Origin: Penicillus capitatus
Lineage: Eukaryota; Plantae; Chlorophyta
NCBI GenBank assembly: GCA_965649825.1
Contig: OZ287696.1
Location: forward strand, 291,101 to 355,100
DNA: 64,000 nucleotides
Reading direction: 5' to 3'
The notes beneath the pieces are model-generated. The model was not told the origin of the DNA, ran no database searches, and worked only from the letters and a program-made list of their open reading frames with translations. Both the position numbers and the translations under genes were made by a program. This document shows positions 1 through 11,484 of the stretch, in pieces. The number at the start of each line of letters is the position of its first letter. The first letter of the stretch is position 1.

Positions 1-1333
1 TTTATTGCCTTTGCAGTTTTCCTATTGAGCGGAAGTGTCCAAGGAGATGGATGTCACGAGCCCTCAAAAGAAATCGGCGACGAAGCAGGTCTGACGGCGG
101 ATATCTGTTCGCTCACGAAGGGTACACAAAAACTACTCCCCCGACAAAGATCTCACCTTTGTGCAATGGTGCAGCCCTTAAACGTTCGCCGCCAGACTAC
201 GTCACGGCCGAGGCTTACTACCGCCTTGGCTACGAGAGTAGAGATATCAAGCTTGAGGAGATTGCCAAGGGTCTCGCTAACGTCACAAGTGGCGAGTATG
301 TGGACGGTTCGATGGAGTTGTTCGAAGACGAGGCGTGGATGCACGATATGCTCCAAAATGCCTTTGAGGGGACCGGTATTTTTGAAGACATGGATGATCT
401 CAGACGTGCAACGGTATGTGACTGACATGACAGCTTGGCACACATCTCATGGGTCATGTTCTTATGCAGTTTATTGAAAAGCTCTTGCAGGGCGGCGCCC
501 TATCACACCGTCTCTTTTCAAATCTTGACGAAGCTTATGCCCGTGCCGATGCGGGGAGGCGAAACAAAGCGATTGAGTCAATGGAGCGCGCCATGGCCAA
601 TTTCTTTGGAAAGGATTCCGAGTGTTCGATTTTTGGAACGGGTCAGTTGAGAGGTATCGAATTCGGTGTCATCAAAGGCGGCGCTGCTTTCACCAACTAT
701 GACATCGTTGAATCCTTCGCCGACGGTACGTCGTCACTGAACTCACGGCATGTCAGATGCGACTTTTCTTTGTGGACAGGCATCAAGGCCATTGACAGCG
801 ATCCTGTTGACCTCGAGTCCTTGCAGGCCGCAATTGACCTGATTCGCAAAAATGTCATAACCATCTATCTGCATGCAATCACCAAGTACTCGACAAAGAT
901 TGCTGAAGAAAACGACTCTTTTGAGGCACAAGTGCGAAGAGATGGTATGTGCGACTCGATGCTGAGCTCTCTCTTTGTAGGCTGAAGGATATGGATATTA
1001 CCTCGCCATTGCCGCCGCCATTAACAATATGCTTCCAGAAGCGCATGAAGTGATTAACGATGCGCTCTCCTTGGAGAACGATCCCGATGCAGAAAAAGCA
1101 GCCAAGGTCTATCGATGTCGCTTCATTCACTACTTCATCGAAACGCTTTTCTGGGCGAACAGGTGAAAGGAGCCGTGGATGATATTCTGGAAGAGCTCGG
1201 GGTCAATGAAGACGATTTTGGCACATACGATCCAGATGCTCGCGACAACTACAAGGAGCCGGCCGAGGTTGCATGCGAGGCTGTCAATCCATTCCAGGAG
1301 TCGTTTGTCCAACTCATTGACTTTGACCGCTAA
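1..1333 (+). CDS. Secreted FEA1-like / low-iron-inducible periplasmic protein (5'-partial, spliced)
   Basis: Signal-peptide tail FIAFAVFLLSGSVQG at the window edge. ORFs 51-425, 449-985 and 1115-1333 join through short GT-AG introns. Segments FEGTGIF..RRATFIEK, NLDEA, SIFGTGQLRGIEFG and HAITKY..EAQAEGYGYYLAI resemble the FEA1 family as I recall it. Confidence 0.6.
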
Positions 1334-1589
1334 ACACACGTCACGTGTACCTCCACCATGACAAACCAAAGAGATTCGACTGTTTACTGTCGTCGCAACG
1401 TTCTAAAATTCCGTTTCGTTTCAGATGCTAAAACGCTGATGCGTTGTCGCGTTCCGTGCCGTGAATCCAATGAAAGGCTCTTCGCTACGAAAGCGACGCT
1501 TTCGGTTTTTTGCGGTCTCTCCGTCGTGACTCTTTTTGTTCGCTTTCTTTGCGCGTTTTCCTTACGTTCGCTGCCTCAAACGCGTCACC

Positions 1590-2735
1590 ATGGCATGCGG
1601 CTCAGCTCCGATGATGGGTACAGAGACCGAAATAAAGAATATCATCGACCAGCATCTCTACAGTTACTTCAAGCCTATGAATCAGCATGGACGTGTGATG
1701 GCGGAGTATATTTGGATCGGAGGCAGTGGAGAGGATTTGCGTTCGAAAACCAAGACGCTGTCCGAACGGCCAAAAACGATTGACCAAGTGCCACTATGGA
1801 ATTTCGACGGTTCGTCGACGGACCAAGCCACAGGAGACGATTCCGAGGTCTACCTGAACCCTGTTGCCATATATCATGATCCACTGAGAGGAGGGGAAAA
1901 CATTCTGGTGCTCTGTGAGACGTACGAGCCTCCACGGATCGATGCATCTGGCAATGCCGTGACAGCACCAAAGCCATTGAAATCCAACACACGACATGCC
2001 TGTGGTCGCATCATGGAGAAAGCCAAGTCCGAAGAGCCCTGGTTCGGTATCGAACAGGAGTATACGTTGTTAGATTCACGAACACAGTGGCCTCTGGGAT
2101 GGCCCAAGAATGGCTTCCCTGAGCCACAAGGACCTTATTACTGTTCAGTTGGCGCTGGCCGTGCCGTCGGCCGTGCCATTGCAGAGTGTCACTACAAAGC
2201 CTGCCTCTGTGCCGGCATCAGCATCTCCGGTGTCAATGCGGAAGTCATGCCGGCTCAGTGGGAGTATCAAGTCGGACCGTGTGCCGGTATCGAAATGGGA
2301 GATCAGCTGTGGATTTCTAGATTCTTAATGCTAAGAGTGTGCGAAATGTTCAACGTGACATGTAGTTTCGATCCTAAACCGATTCCTGGAGACTGGAACG
2401 GAGCGGGAGGTCATTGCAATTACTCAAACAAAGCCACAAGGACACCCGGAACAGGATGGACGGCGATCCAAGAACAGATTGAGAAGCTCAGAGCACGACA
2501 CGCTGTACATATCGCGGCTTACGGCCGAGGCATCGAGCGTCGATTGACGGGAGCACACGAGACATCCTCTCTGACAACATTCACCTGGGGTGTCGCCGAT
2601 CGTGGAGCCTCGATTCGCGTCGGCCGAATGGTTCCAGTTGAAAGATGCGGGTACTACGAAGACCGACGTCCAGCATCGAATCTGGATCCATACATCGTGA
2701 CACAATTGATTGTGGAGACCACCATTCTCATGTAG
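1590..2735 (+). CDS. GLN1: Glutamine synthetase type II (cytosolic-type), intronless
   Basis: [66 protein letters not shown]-like DRGASIRV and [14 protein letters not shown] are canonical GSII motifs. Confidence 0.97.
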   Translation: MACGSAPMMGTETEIKNIIDQHLYSYFKPMNQHGRVMAEYIWIGGSGEDLRSKTKTLSERPKTIDQVPLWNFDGSSTDQATGDDSEVYLNPVAIYHDPLRGGENILVLCETYEPPRIDASGNAVTAPKPLKSNTRHACGRIMEKAKSEEPWFGIEQEYTLLDSRTQWPLGWPKNGFPEPQGPYYCSVGAGRAVGRAIAECHYKACLCAGISISGVNAEVMPAQWEYQVGPCAGIEMGDQLWISRFLMLRVCEMFNVTCSFDPKPIPGDWNGAGGHCNYSNKATRTPGTGWTAIQEQIEKLRARHAVHIAAYGRGIERRLTGAHETSSLTTFTWGVADRGASIRVGRMVPVERCGYYEDRRPASNLDPYIVTQLIVETTILM

Positions 2736-3243
2736 CGCGCTTCCCCGAGTCTATCCATTCACCATCCCGTCAACAAACTGCGCTGCTTTCTATTCTTTTA
2801 TAGAGTTCTTGGGATGAAGTGATGTCAGGCAATAAAGACGGCGAATTGTGTCTCTGGCGCGGACGTTCTGTGTCATCATCATTAGCGAAGCAGGGATGGT
2901 GAAGCAGGCGATGAAGTTCTTAGGAATGGGTGAGAATCCATGACTGAGTTCGTGTACGGGGGAACGATGTAAGCCAATAGCTCAAGTGGCTTTTCTTGGC
3001 AGTTGCATACTCTGTGAACCGTCTATGTGAATTTTCCTCATCATTCGCAGTCCTTTTCACCGCGTTTTCTTAACGCCTGTTGTTCTCGACCGTCAATACT
3101 AACAACCACCTCTCCGGTAGATCCGTCAGATAACTGTCGTTCGCTTAAAGGGCTGCCTCCCTGGCTTCGTATTCAGAGTTAATATTTTATTGGACCGGCT
3201 TACGACAACTGAATTCATACTCCTCTATCCGGCCACCGCAACT

Positions 3244-4320
3244 ATGAAATACTTTGCGCTCGTGCTCGCACTCGTCGTCGTCGGTGCTCAAGGTCAGTCA
3301 GCCGCGTGGTGGTGATAGAACGCGGTTTCATTTCTCCTCTGTGTGCAGCTCATGAGCATCCGCCGGAGAGAGGTGCGGTGCCCTGCTTCTACTGGGATGA
3401 CGAATGCACGTCGTCATACGGTGTTGACTTCCCCGGCAATGATATTGCTATCTACAGAACAAACAGCACGACAGACTGCTGCAATTTCTGCAAATCCTTC
3501 GAAGGTCTCGAATGTCGTCGCGAAGAAGACCGGCAGTGCTAAACGTCTGTCTGTCTGTGTATCTAGGATGCATGCATTGGGTGGCCCGCGCTGTCGATGA
3601 TGGCGGTTATGTCTGCTTCTTGAAGTCCGTCTACGGATTCCCTCGTTACTGCGCGGAGTGCACTTTCAGTTACGCCAAATCCGACGCATGTAAGCTCAGC
3701 GCCGTCGTTATGTATGACGCGCCGAATTTTGCATGTTCTAGGCAAACAGTTCTGCGAGTCGACGTGCCATAATCTCGGACAATACGAACCCGCAGTCTGC
3801 GGAACAGATGGATACACATATGAGAGCCCATGTCAGATGCAATGCTCTGCTGTGATGCAAGCGGCGGACGGAGAATGCGACAGTGAGCTCTATCTCTATG
3901 ACACACAAGCATGTTTCTGATCCATGTGCATATCTAGGCCCATTCAGAGATCCTGTCGAGGCCGATCCGAACTTGTCGACATACCCCATCGATCCCACAC
4001 AATATCCTTATCTGCCAACCCACGTTCCTGAAGCTGCAGAGACGCACGAAGCATCACCTGTTGCTGAAGCTGCAGAGACGCACGAAGAACCCGTTGTTGT
4101 CGAATCGCACGAAGAACCAGCGGAACCCGTTGTTGTCGAATCGCACGAAGAACCAGCGGAACATGAGGTTGCAGTCGAAGCACATGCTGTTGCCGGTGGC
4201 AATGTCGAACATTTCCCCTCCGACAACGCGGAAGCGAAAACAGTGGTCGTTGAAGATGTGTCGTCCGATGGCCATGCGCAAGCAGGTGGCCACGTTCATG
4301 TGGACGGACATGGACACTAA
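3244..4320 (+). CDS. Secreted PAN/Apple + Kazal domain protein with His/Glu-rich repetitive tail (5 exons)
   Basis: MKYFALVLALVVVGAQ signal peptide. PAN-like C..YGVDFPGNDI....TDCCNFC...CMHW....VCFLK. Kazal-like C...YEPAVCGTDGYTYESPCQMQC. Four short GT-AG introns give an open frame. Confidence 0.7.
4028..4162 (+). repeat. Coding tandem repeats with 36-bp period (EAAETHE x2; EPVVVESHEEPA x2)
   Basis: ctgaagctgcagagacgcacgaag at 4028 and 4064; gaacccgttgttgtcgaatcgcacgaagaaccagcg at 4087 and 4123. Confidence 0.95.
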
Positions 4321-4566
4321 GTTGCAGCACTGAGCTATCCGAGCTACTAGGCACGCTGTGCATTTCATTTGTTCATGCACTGTGGCAGTGATTCACTCCC
4401 AGTCGTGACATATGTATCAGGTCTGCTCTGTTAGAACTCTCCTTTCAATAACTTCGAACAGCGGTGGCTTTTTGGACGAGCTCAAAATAAGTCTGGAACC
4501 TTGATTTGTTGAGTCGATTACCATTCCAAAAACCACGACGCGTTCCATCGTTGCGCAATCGGAGAG

Positions 4567-5604
4567 ATGCACCTCCACAAGTGGATCGGTCATCGTCTCG
4601 ACGTTGTGTGCTTCTTCGTCCACGCTTGCGAGTTCTGTGTGAACTGCCTCTTCGTTGGGCTCTGCTGTCGTCGACGATGGATCCCGTGGTGGATGCAGCT
4701 GCTCTCCTTCCTCGCGCAGATGGCCATACTGCGCCTCTACGTCATCTCTTATTTCTATTGGCATTCCTCACGGACAATGCGCCATGCACCACGCAGTTTT
4801 CAGCTCTCGTTGATTCGGGAAGCGATCTTGGTTTTCCAGGAAGGCCTCTTGGGCACCTGGCTCCTCTACTCCATCTTACATCCCTTTGCACAGATCTTCA
4901 TTCGATCCTTTGAAGTCTGTCGCCCTTGTCCAATGGCCAGAGTCAAGTATCCCGTTCTCTTTATACACGGAATCGCCTGCAATGCCGGTTACTGGTATCC
5001 CATTTTGCGCTACCTCTACCGTGCAGATGTCGATCGTCTCTATGCCATTTCGCTGGAGCCACTATACTTGGACATCCCTTCGTTTGCTCATCAAGTTGCG
5101 CTCAAAGTGGATGAGATCTTGGCGGAAACAAAGAGCCCCAAAGTGATCTTGGTGGGGCATTCGATGGGCGGATTGGTGGCCAGAGCCTATACCAAATGGC
5201 ACGGAGGAAAGAAGTGCGTCGCCAAACTGATCACACTGCAGACGCCGCATCAGGGGACCGTGGTGGCAAAGAGTTCGTTGGTTCGTCTTTTGAAAATGTC
5301 TTCTGCACGAGACATGCTTCCGGGTAATGACGCCTTTGTCTTTATTTTTGTACCGACGATGTCTTGAACAGGGAGTTCATTTCTGACGAAATTGGGATCA
5401 CCAGAAGAGAGCAACGACGGCGGGGCGATTCCTATGACATCGGTGTTTAGTTATCATGACACGCTTGTCTCTCCACAGGAGAGTTCCATCATCCATGCAC
5501 CCAACACCAGGAACATCCCGTTTGCCGGATTGGGACACTTGATGATGCCCTTTGTCCCTTACATTCACAAGTTGATTCTTCAAGAGCTCATAAGCTGCAA
5601 CTGA
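4567..5604 (+). CDS. Alpha/beta-hydrolase lipase/esterase with hydrophobic N-terminus
   Basis: PVLFIHGIACN oxyanion motif, VILVGHSMGGL nucleophile elbow, LITLQTPHQGT, HDTLV (Asp) and GLGH (His). One intron near 5324-5369 joins to ORF 5392-5604. Start uncertain. Confidence 0.85.
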
Positions 5605-5823
5605 TTCTTTAACTGCATTATTGAACATTAGAATAGCAGATATGCATTTTTGGGTGGTCTTTGGCTGGATGATTGAGGAGGATGTAGATGTGAGTAGCCG
5701 GTGCGCGTACCGACATGACAGTCCTGTGTGTAAGTGGGTTGCGTCTGCGTCTCCATAACCACCCGTCTTTGTCGCGTGAACCCCATCTACACTCCCTTTC
5801 ACCTTCGCTCTCCAAACACAGAC

Positions 5824-6874
5824 ATGTCGGGCGTGGACAAAGCAACCTTCGGTGTCAAAGTGCGAGAGAGCGTGGACAAAGCGACGGTCGTGGCCAAAGG
5901 CGGCGTGTGTCTCTTCAGGTCGGATTGGCCCAGATGCTCAAGGGCGGTGTCATCATGGATGTCACCAACGTCGAGCAAGCCCGCATCGCAGAGGAAGCGG
6001 GAGCGTGTGCTGTCATGGCATTGGAACGCGTCCCTGCAGACATCCGCAAGGATGGTGGTGTGGCCCGAATGACGGATCCCCTCGTTATCCAGGAAATCAA
6101 AGCAGCTGTGACGATCCCCGTCATGGCAAAGGCACGCATCGGCCACTTTGTTGAAGCGCAGATATTGGAAGCTCTCGAAGTGGACTACGTCGATGAATCA
6201 GAGGTCGCAGTGCTTGTCATACTCGACGGATCTGCTGATCCACTGTCTCTCAGGTTCTCACGCTGGCGGACGAGGCCAATCACATCAACAAACACAATTT
6301 CAGAGTCCCCTTTGTCTGCGGATGTCGCGATCTCGGCGAAGCGCTGCGTCGCATTTCGGAGGGCGCCGCTATGATCCGCACAAAAGTGAGAAATCTCTGA
6401 GTCTTTTCGCAGCCGGTCGGTCTCACGCGGTGATGACAGGGCGAAGCCGGAACGGGTGATGTTGTCGAGGCCGTTCGCCATTGCCGTGCCGTTCTTGGCG
6501 AGATCCGCCGTTTGCAGTCCATGGATGACGACGAGCTTTACGTCTATGCCAAAGAGATTCGGGCGCCCATTGAATTGGTGCGTCAGACCAAGCACCTCGG
6601 TCGACTGCCCGTCGTCAATTTCGCAGCTGGTGGTGTTGCCACACCCGCCGACGCCGCTCTGATGATGCAACTCGGTGTGGATGGCGTCTTCGTTGGATCC
6701 GGCATCTTCAAATCTGGAAATCCAAAAAAACGCGCCCAGGCCATTGTTCAGGCCGTCACACATTATAACGATCCTAAAGTACTGGCTGACGTCTCCAAGG
6801 GACTCGGCGAGGCAATGGTCGGCATCAACTGCAAAGGACCCGGATTCGAAAGCTACGCCACGCGTTCTGAGTAA
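5824..6874 (+). CDS. PDX1: Pyridoxal 5'-phosphate synthase subunit PDX1 (4 exons)
   Basis: [44 protein letters not shown] and [25 protein letters not shown]. Introns 5860-5918, 6204-6253 and 6386-6439. Confidence 0.97.
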
Positions 6875-6973
6875 CCCTCATCCCTTTTTGCACCTGTCGT
6901 CGAATTGAATAGCGATGACGACGTTGAAAACAACGACGATTCTTTAAAACTCTTCAGATTCCTTGACGCGCAG

Positions 6974-7735
6974 ATGACGTCAACGCCAATGCTATCCTCG
7001 TCGTATGCCATGCTTGCCTGTGCCCTCGTGTCGAACGACGTTTCTGCGTCCGCCGCGTCGTCTTCTCCACGGATGTCGTATCTCGCGCCTTCATATGAAC
7101 CTCCTCTCGCTGAAGATGGTCGTCCTGCATTTTGGCTCGTTTTCTTTGAATCCGTCGCCATTGGGTTCATCGGGACTTTCTTTCTCGTGTTCTTTGTGAT
7201 CACCGTCGCCTGTCTGTGCAGGTCACTAGCAGCAAGCCATTTTGGACACAGCAAACGCTCTTTGTCTAGAGGATGCTGCTTGATCTTCAGAGAACGCGAG
7301 AGACACCCTACACCGATTCCGACATCGGGTGGCGACGAACCGGTCCACTACATGACACAAACCCCGATGACCACGTGGGCCATTGGCAATTCAAATGATC
7401 CAAGCGCGATATCCTCCGGATCGCTTTCGATACCGAATGACGACGAAGCCGTCCACATCACGACACAAACGCTGACGCCGATACGAGATGCTGACAAAGA
7501 CATTCACCTCGTCCTTAATCCAGGCAGCGCGATTACGCCACGAATCGCTGACGGAGGCAGCAGATATGTTCGTAGGCGACCTGCCAACCTGCTTGGCTGT
7601 GAAAGAACAAGAATGAATAAAATATTTGGCATTAATGCAATAGTTGCACGAGGCAAGCTGCTATTCTTCTGTACGCGACATTGCTCTTCAAAAATTGTTT
7701 CCGTTGTGACACCGAGTTTAAATCGTGAGGGATAA
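6974..7735 (+). CDS. Hypothetical single-pass membrane protein
   Basis: Long ORF with one hydrophobic helix (FWLVFFESVAIGFIGTFFLVFFVITVACLC) and an internal near-repeat (DEPVHYMTQT / DEAVHITTQT). Ends uncertain. Confidence 0.4.
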   Translation: MTSTPMLSSSYAMLACALVSNDVSASAASSSPRMSYLAPSYEPPLAEDGRPAFWLVFFESVAIGFIGTFFLVFFVITVACLCRSLAASHFGHSKRSLSRGCCLIFRERERHPTPIPTSGGDEPVHYMTQTPMTTWAIGNSNDPSAISSGSLSIPNDDEAVHITTQTLTPIRDADKDIHLVLNPGSAITPRIADGGSRYVRRRPANLLGCERTRMNKIFGINAIVARGKLLFFCTRHCSSKIVSVVTPSLNREG

Positions 7736-7787
7736 TCTATCTGTCGACTGTGAATTGCGTTTACGGGACGCGTCAGGATTCGAGGTT

Positions 7788-9442
7788 ATGGAATTTCTCA
7801 AGTGGGGACAAAAACAAGTGCGACAGTTCGCGCTGAACCTAACAGAGACGGAGATACGCGTCGAAGAAGCGACGAATAATGATCCTTGGGGTCCACACGG
7901 AGGAGAAATGGCGAGAATTGCCGAGGAAGCCACGGACCCCGAGAAGTACCGCGAAATCATGACGGTCATCGCTCGTCGTCTGACGGAAAGCGGAGACAAT
8001 TGGCGCCACATCTACAAGGCATTGCTGTTATTAGAATACTTGGCCCGGCATGGACCTAGCAAAGTTGCCCGAGACACACAGGCCAACTCCACTGTCCTCC
8101 GTGAGCTACAGGTATGGCCTTAATGCAGACAGAAGTGGTTTTTGATACAATAAGAGATGTAGAGCTATGAATACACTGACAAAAATGGACGCGATCAGGG
8201 AATCAATGTGCGCAATCGATCGAAGGAGCTGTTGGCATTGGTCTCCGATTCGGCAAGACTGGCAGAGGCACGAGAGATCGCAAGGAAGAACAGAGATAAA
8301 TTCAGTGGAACAGCAAAAGGAGAGGCACGATACCGTGCACCATCACCATCTTCTCCACCTCCTGCCACTGCCTACAATCAATCACTGCCGAAACGCGTGG
8401 TGTACGAAGAGAAAGGGGAGGAAGAGTCGGAAGATCCATTTGAAGCAACGAGAAAGCGAATAGAGAGATTGAAGGCGGATGAAAAGGAAAAGACATCGAC
8501 GATTCGAGTGAGCTTGCCACAACATCAGCTCCAACAGAAGAAGGAACCAAAGAGACTGTCACAAGTGAAAGTGAATCCCAAAATTGCAGCGACGCTCCTG
8601 AAGCCACAGAATACTGTGCCTGCTGCGAAACCGACTGTTGAAACGAATGAAACACGAGGGTCTGAAGATTTGTTGGGGGATCTGGCAGATGAGACGACTC
8701 CTCCTGCTGTACCGACCGCGTCTGTGGTGCCATTGGAAGAGGTTAAGCACAATGCGGATGATCTTTTTGATCCTTTTGCTGTCTCTGTGCCCGTTGCTTC
8801 GCCAAAGGCTCCTCCGACGTTCGAGAAAGTCGAAAGCAATGACTGGGCAGATTTCAGTGCAGCTCAAGCAAAACCTGCGCCTGCTGAGATTCCGCTGAAT
8901 GACCTACTGGCAGAAAGTCTGGCATTTCTCTCTTTGTCATTTTATGCACTGACGATGTTGGTGGTGTAGATGGACAAACACAGACACCAGTGGTTTTGAC
9001 TGGAACGGCACCAGCACCTACACCTATACCGGCACCTGCGATCCCTGCCCCGGCACCGGTCCCTGTCACATCAAAACGCGCCAACGCAGATCCCTTTGCC
9101 AATCTCTGTCCCACAGGGCAAAAACCTGTTCAGGTGCCGATGGGGAGCAGCAAGATAAAATCAGCATCTCATGCCACCCAACAGCCTCCTGGTCCACAGA
9201 ATGCAGTGCAGCAAGGTCTGGTTACGGATGCGCATACCTCATGGACAACACAAAAGCTGCCTCAGCAATTCGGAGTGCAGCCAGGAGTCGGAGTTCAGCT
9301 AAACGGGATCGGCCAGATGGGAATACCAACCATGTCGACGATGCGTTCACCACAAAGCGTCCCGATGAATCCATCAGCGACGCTACCAGCACAACGCGCA
9401 GCTGTGCCAAAAGAGGATCCCTTTGCAAATCTGGGCTTCTGA
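7788..9442 (+). CDS. Epsin-like ENTH-domain protein
   Basis: RVEEATNNDPWGP, NWRHIYKALLLLEYL and DQGINVRNRSKEL. Disordered tail with DLFDPF, DWADF and DPFANL clathrin/adaptor-type motifs. Two introns. Confidence 0.92.
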
Positions 9443-9536
9443 AAATGCTATTCATATATGTCATGAATTTGTCTTTCGCTTTCAAGAATCAACCTCGTCC
9501 GTCTTGGTGCGCCAAGACACAGATGACGTGCTGCAC

Positions 9537-9541
9537 TGTAA
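9537..9541 (+). promoter_or_regulatory. TGTAA chlorophyte-type polyadenylation signal downstream of epsin
   Basis: TGTAA lies ~95 nt after the epsin stop. A TTACA (minus-strand TGTAA) at 9603-9607 lies ~50 nt past the DTD stop. Confidence 0.45.
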
Positions 9542-9657
9542 CTACATCATTAAACCAGGAAACCTGCCTGTACACTCTCTCATTTGCTTCCCGCAATTTC
9601 TATTACAGACGATAAATGTCATGCCAATACATGGTTGGCAGATACATGCATCACAGA

Positions 9658-10388
9658 TCAGTTTTTTTGGATGGCTTCGATGGCCTCGTCCGAGATCTCT
9701 TCTTCGGAATCCGAATGATCTGGCGCTGAATACTTTCTGCGCTTCGTGGAATCCACAATTATCGTAACAGGTCCATCGTTTTCGAGCTTCACATTCATCA
9801 TAGCTCCGAATAGGCCGTCCTTGATTCGATAGGCATGATAAGACTTTTTCGTCATATCCACTAATTCGCCATACATACTCCTGGCCTACACCAAATCTTC
9901 ATCCTCATCTGGAACAGTGATGTGACCTGCCTTCTCAACGGGCATGGCTTGAGAGAAATCTGGCTTATTTCCTTTCAGGCGACCGTATAGAGTGAACTGA
10001 CTCACCATCAAGACTTCATATCCCATTTTTCGCACCTTCACATGATCACCGATTCAACGAATGGCAACGAAAGAATGTCTGCCGAACATCGAATTGCCAG
10101 GAACTGCCATCGGATTTGGGCCACAATCGCGTTCCCAAGATTTTTCGACAGCTACAGTCACCATAACACATCGCACAGATCCACGATGCCATGCAACGCC
10201 ACCACACATGAATTCGGCATCGAGCATCGTGTCTGTTCCTTTCAGTCCGATGAGACATAGCAGACCTGGTCCGATGCTCGACACGATATTACCATCCACC
10301 TGATGAATGTCCCCCTCTCACACTAGACAGAGATATAGATCCCTGCCTCGACACTCGCCGAGCGGACACGTTGCAGAACAGCCCGCAT
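9658..10388 (-). CDS. DTD1: D-aminoacyl-tRNA deacylase
   Basis: MRAVLQRVRSASVE|VDGNIVSSIGPGLLCLIG, the VSQFTLYG motif, and GLFGAMMNVKLENDGPVT. Intron 1 is probably GC-AG (10300-10346). Confidence 0.95.
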
Positions 10389-10576
10389 GGCAAACGGTCG
10401 GACAAGACGTCTTTCTCGTTTAGCAGTGCCCTTGACGGACGGAAATGTGAAAGGGCAACTCGCACTGCTATGATGCTTAACACAGAATGCCGGACACATC
10501 CGTCGCATCAAATGTCCCGCCGCGGCTCATTTACAGCCGCCTTTTATTCGCCATTGCGTACCGTCTCTGTCTTCCA

Positions 10577-11236
10577 ATGTCTAAGTTCCTCGCGCTCTTC
10601 CTCATTGTCTGCGCCGTCGCTGCCCATTGCGACGCAGCCTCGGTTCCAGGATTCTTCCCTCGCAACGGTAACGACGCCCTCTGATTTTTGCGGCGACACA
10701 CATGCACTTCTCTGTAGGACCGTCGAGTTGCAGCTTTAACGTATCGGCACTGTTTACTCCATGCATTGCATGCTCTTTCTCTAGGTCGGCTTCAAATATG
10801 ATTCCTCTCAGCTCTTCTCGACGAAACAATTGGAAACAGAACTGAGGAGCCTTCTATCGGAGACCTACGATGAAATCAAAAGCTGCGGCACCAAACTGTA
10901 CGTCGTCGAGCATTTCTTTACTTCGCATCCTCCTACCTCTGTCATTGTAGCTTCGATACCAGCAGTTGCTATATGACCATTGTGCATGGCGTCATGGACA
11001 GATCATGTGCCATTTCGATGCTCTTGATCTGTCGCACGGAAAAGGGTGCCAGTTTCGATTCCTGTTCCGATTTGGATGCAGCGAAGATCAAAGGCACGAC
11101 ATTGGAAATCTCCGTAAGTCTCTTCTGCCACAGGCAACTGTATTCTACGTGCATATCCTTGCAGGACAAGGTCGAGGCAACGATCACATCCCTTTCCATT
11201 CAAGACTACGGACATACCGACCTCGTCGTTGTTTAG
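10577..11236 (+). CDS. Small secreted Cys-containing protein of unknown function (5 exons incl. a 23-nt microexon)
   Basis: MSKFLALFLIVCAVAAHCDA signal peptide. Four GT-AG introns give a continuous ~150-aa frame ending ..HTDLVVV*. Confidence 0.6.
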
Positions 11237-11484
11237 ACGAAGCTGCCGTCACATCGTCTGAATGGACAGCCAAGACAGAATCTTAGATTTTCTTCCCCTG
11301 TTGATGGAGAGCCGCCCTTCAATTTCAACCATTCCTCAACTCTTTGTTTCGCTACCGCATGCTTTTGCTTTCTCTTGACGACATTAGATGAAGTTTCACA
11401 CACCAACCATCCCAATATGTGGACGATGCATTTTTGGAAGGAGAGTTTAATGGGCTGAAATGACGCGCGATTTGACGAGACGCG

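Noticed and set aside
4417-4764. Minus-strand acidic ORF
   Set aside because: It is an antisense shadow of the lipase's hydrophobic N-terminal codons.
10577-10740. TM9SF/nonaspanin (VPGFFPRN resembles its N-terminus)
   Set aside because: The spliced product is a short soluble protein with no nine-TM domain downstream.
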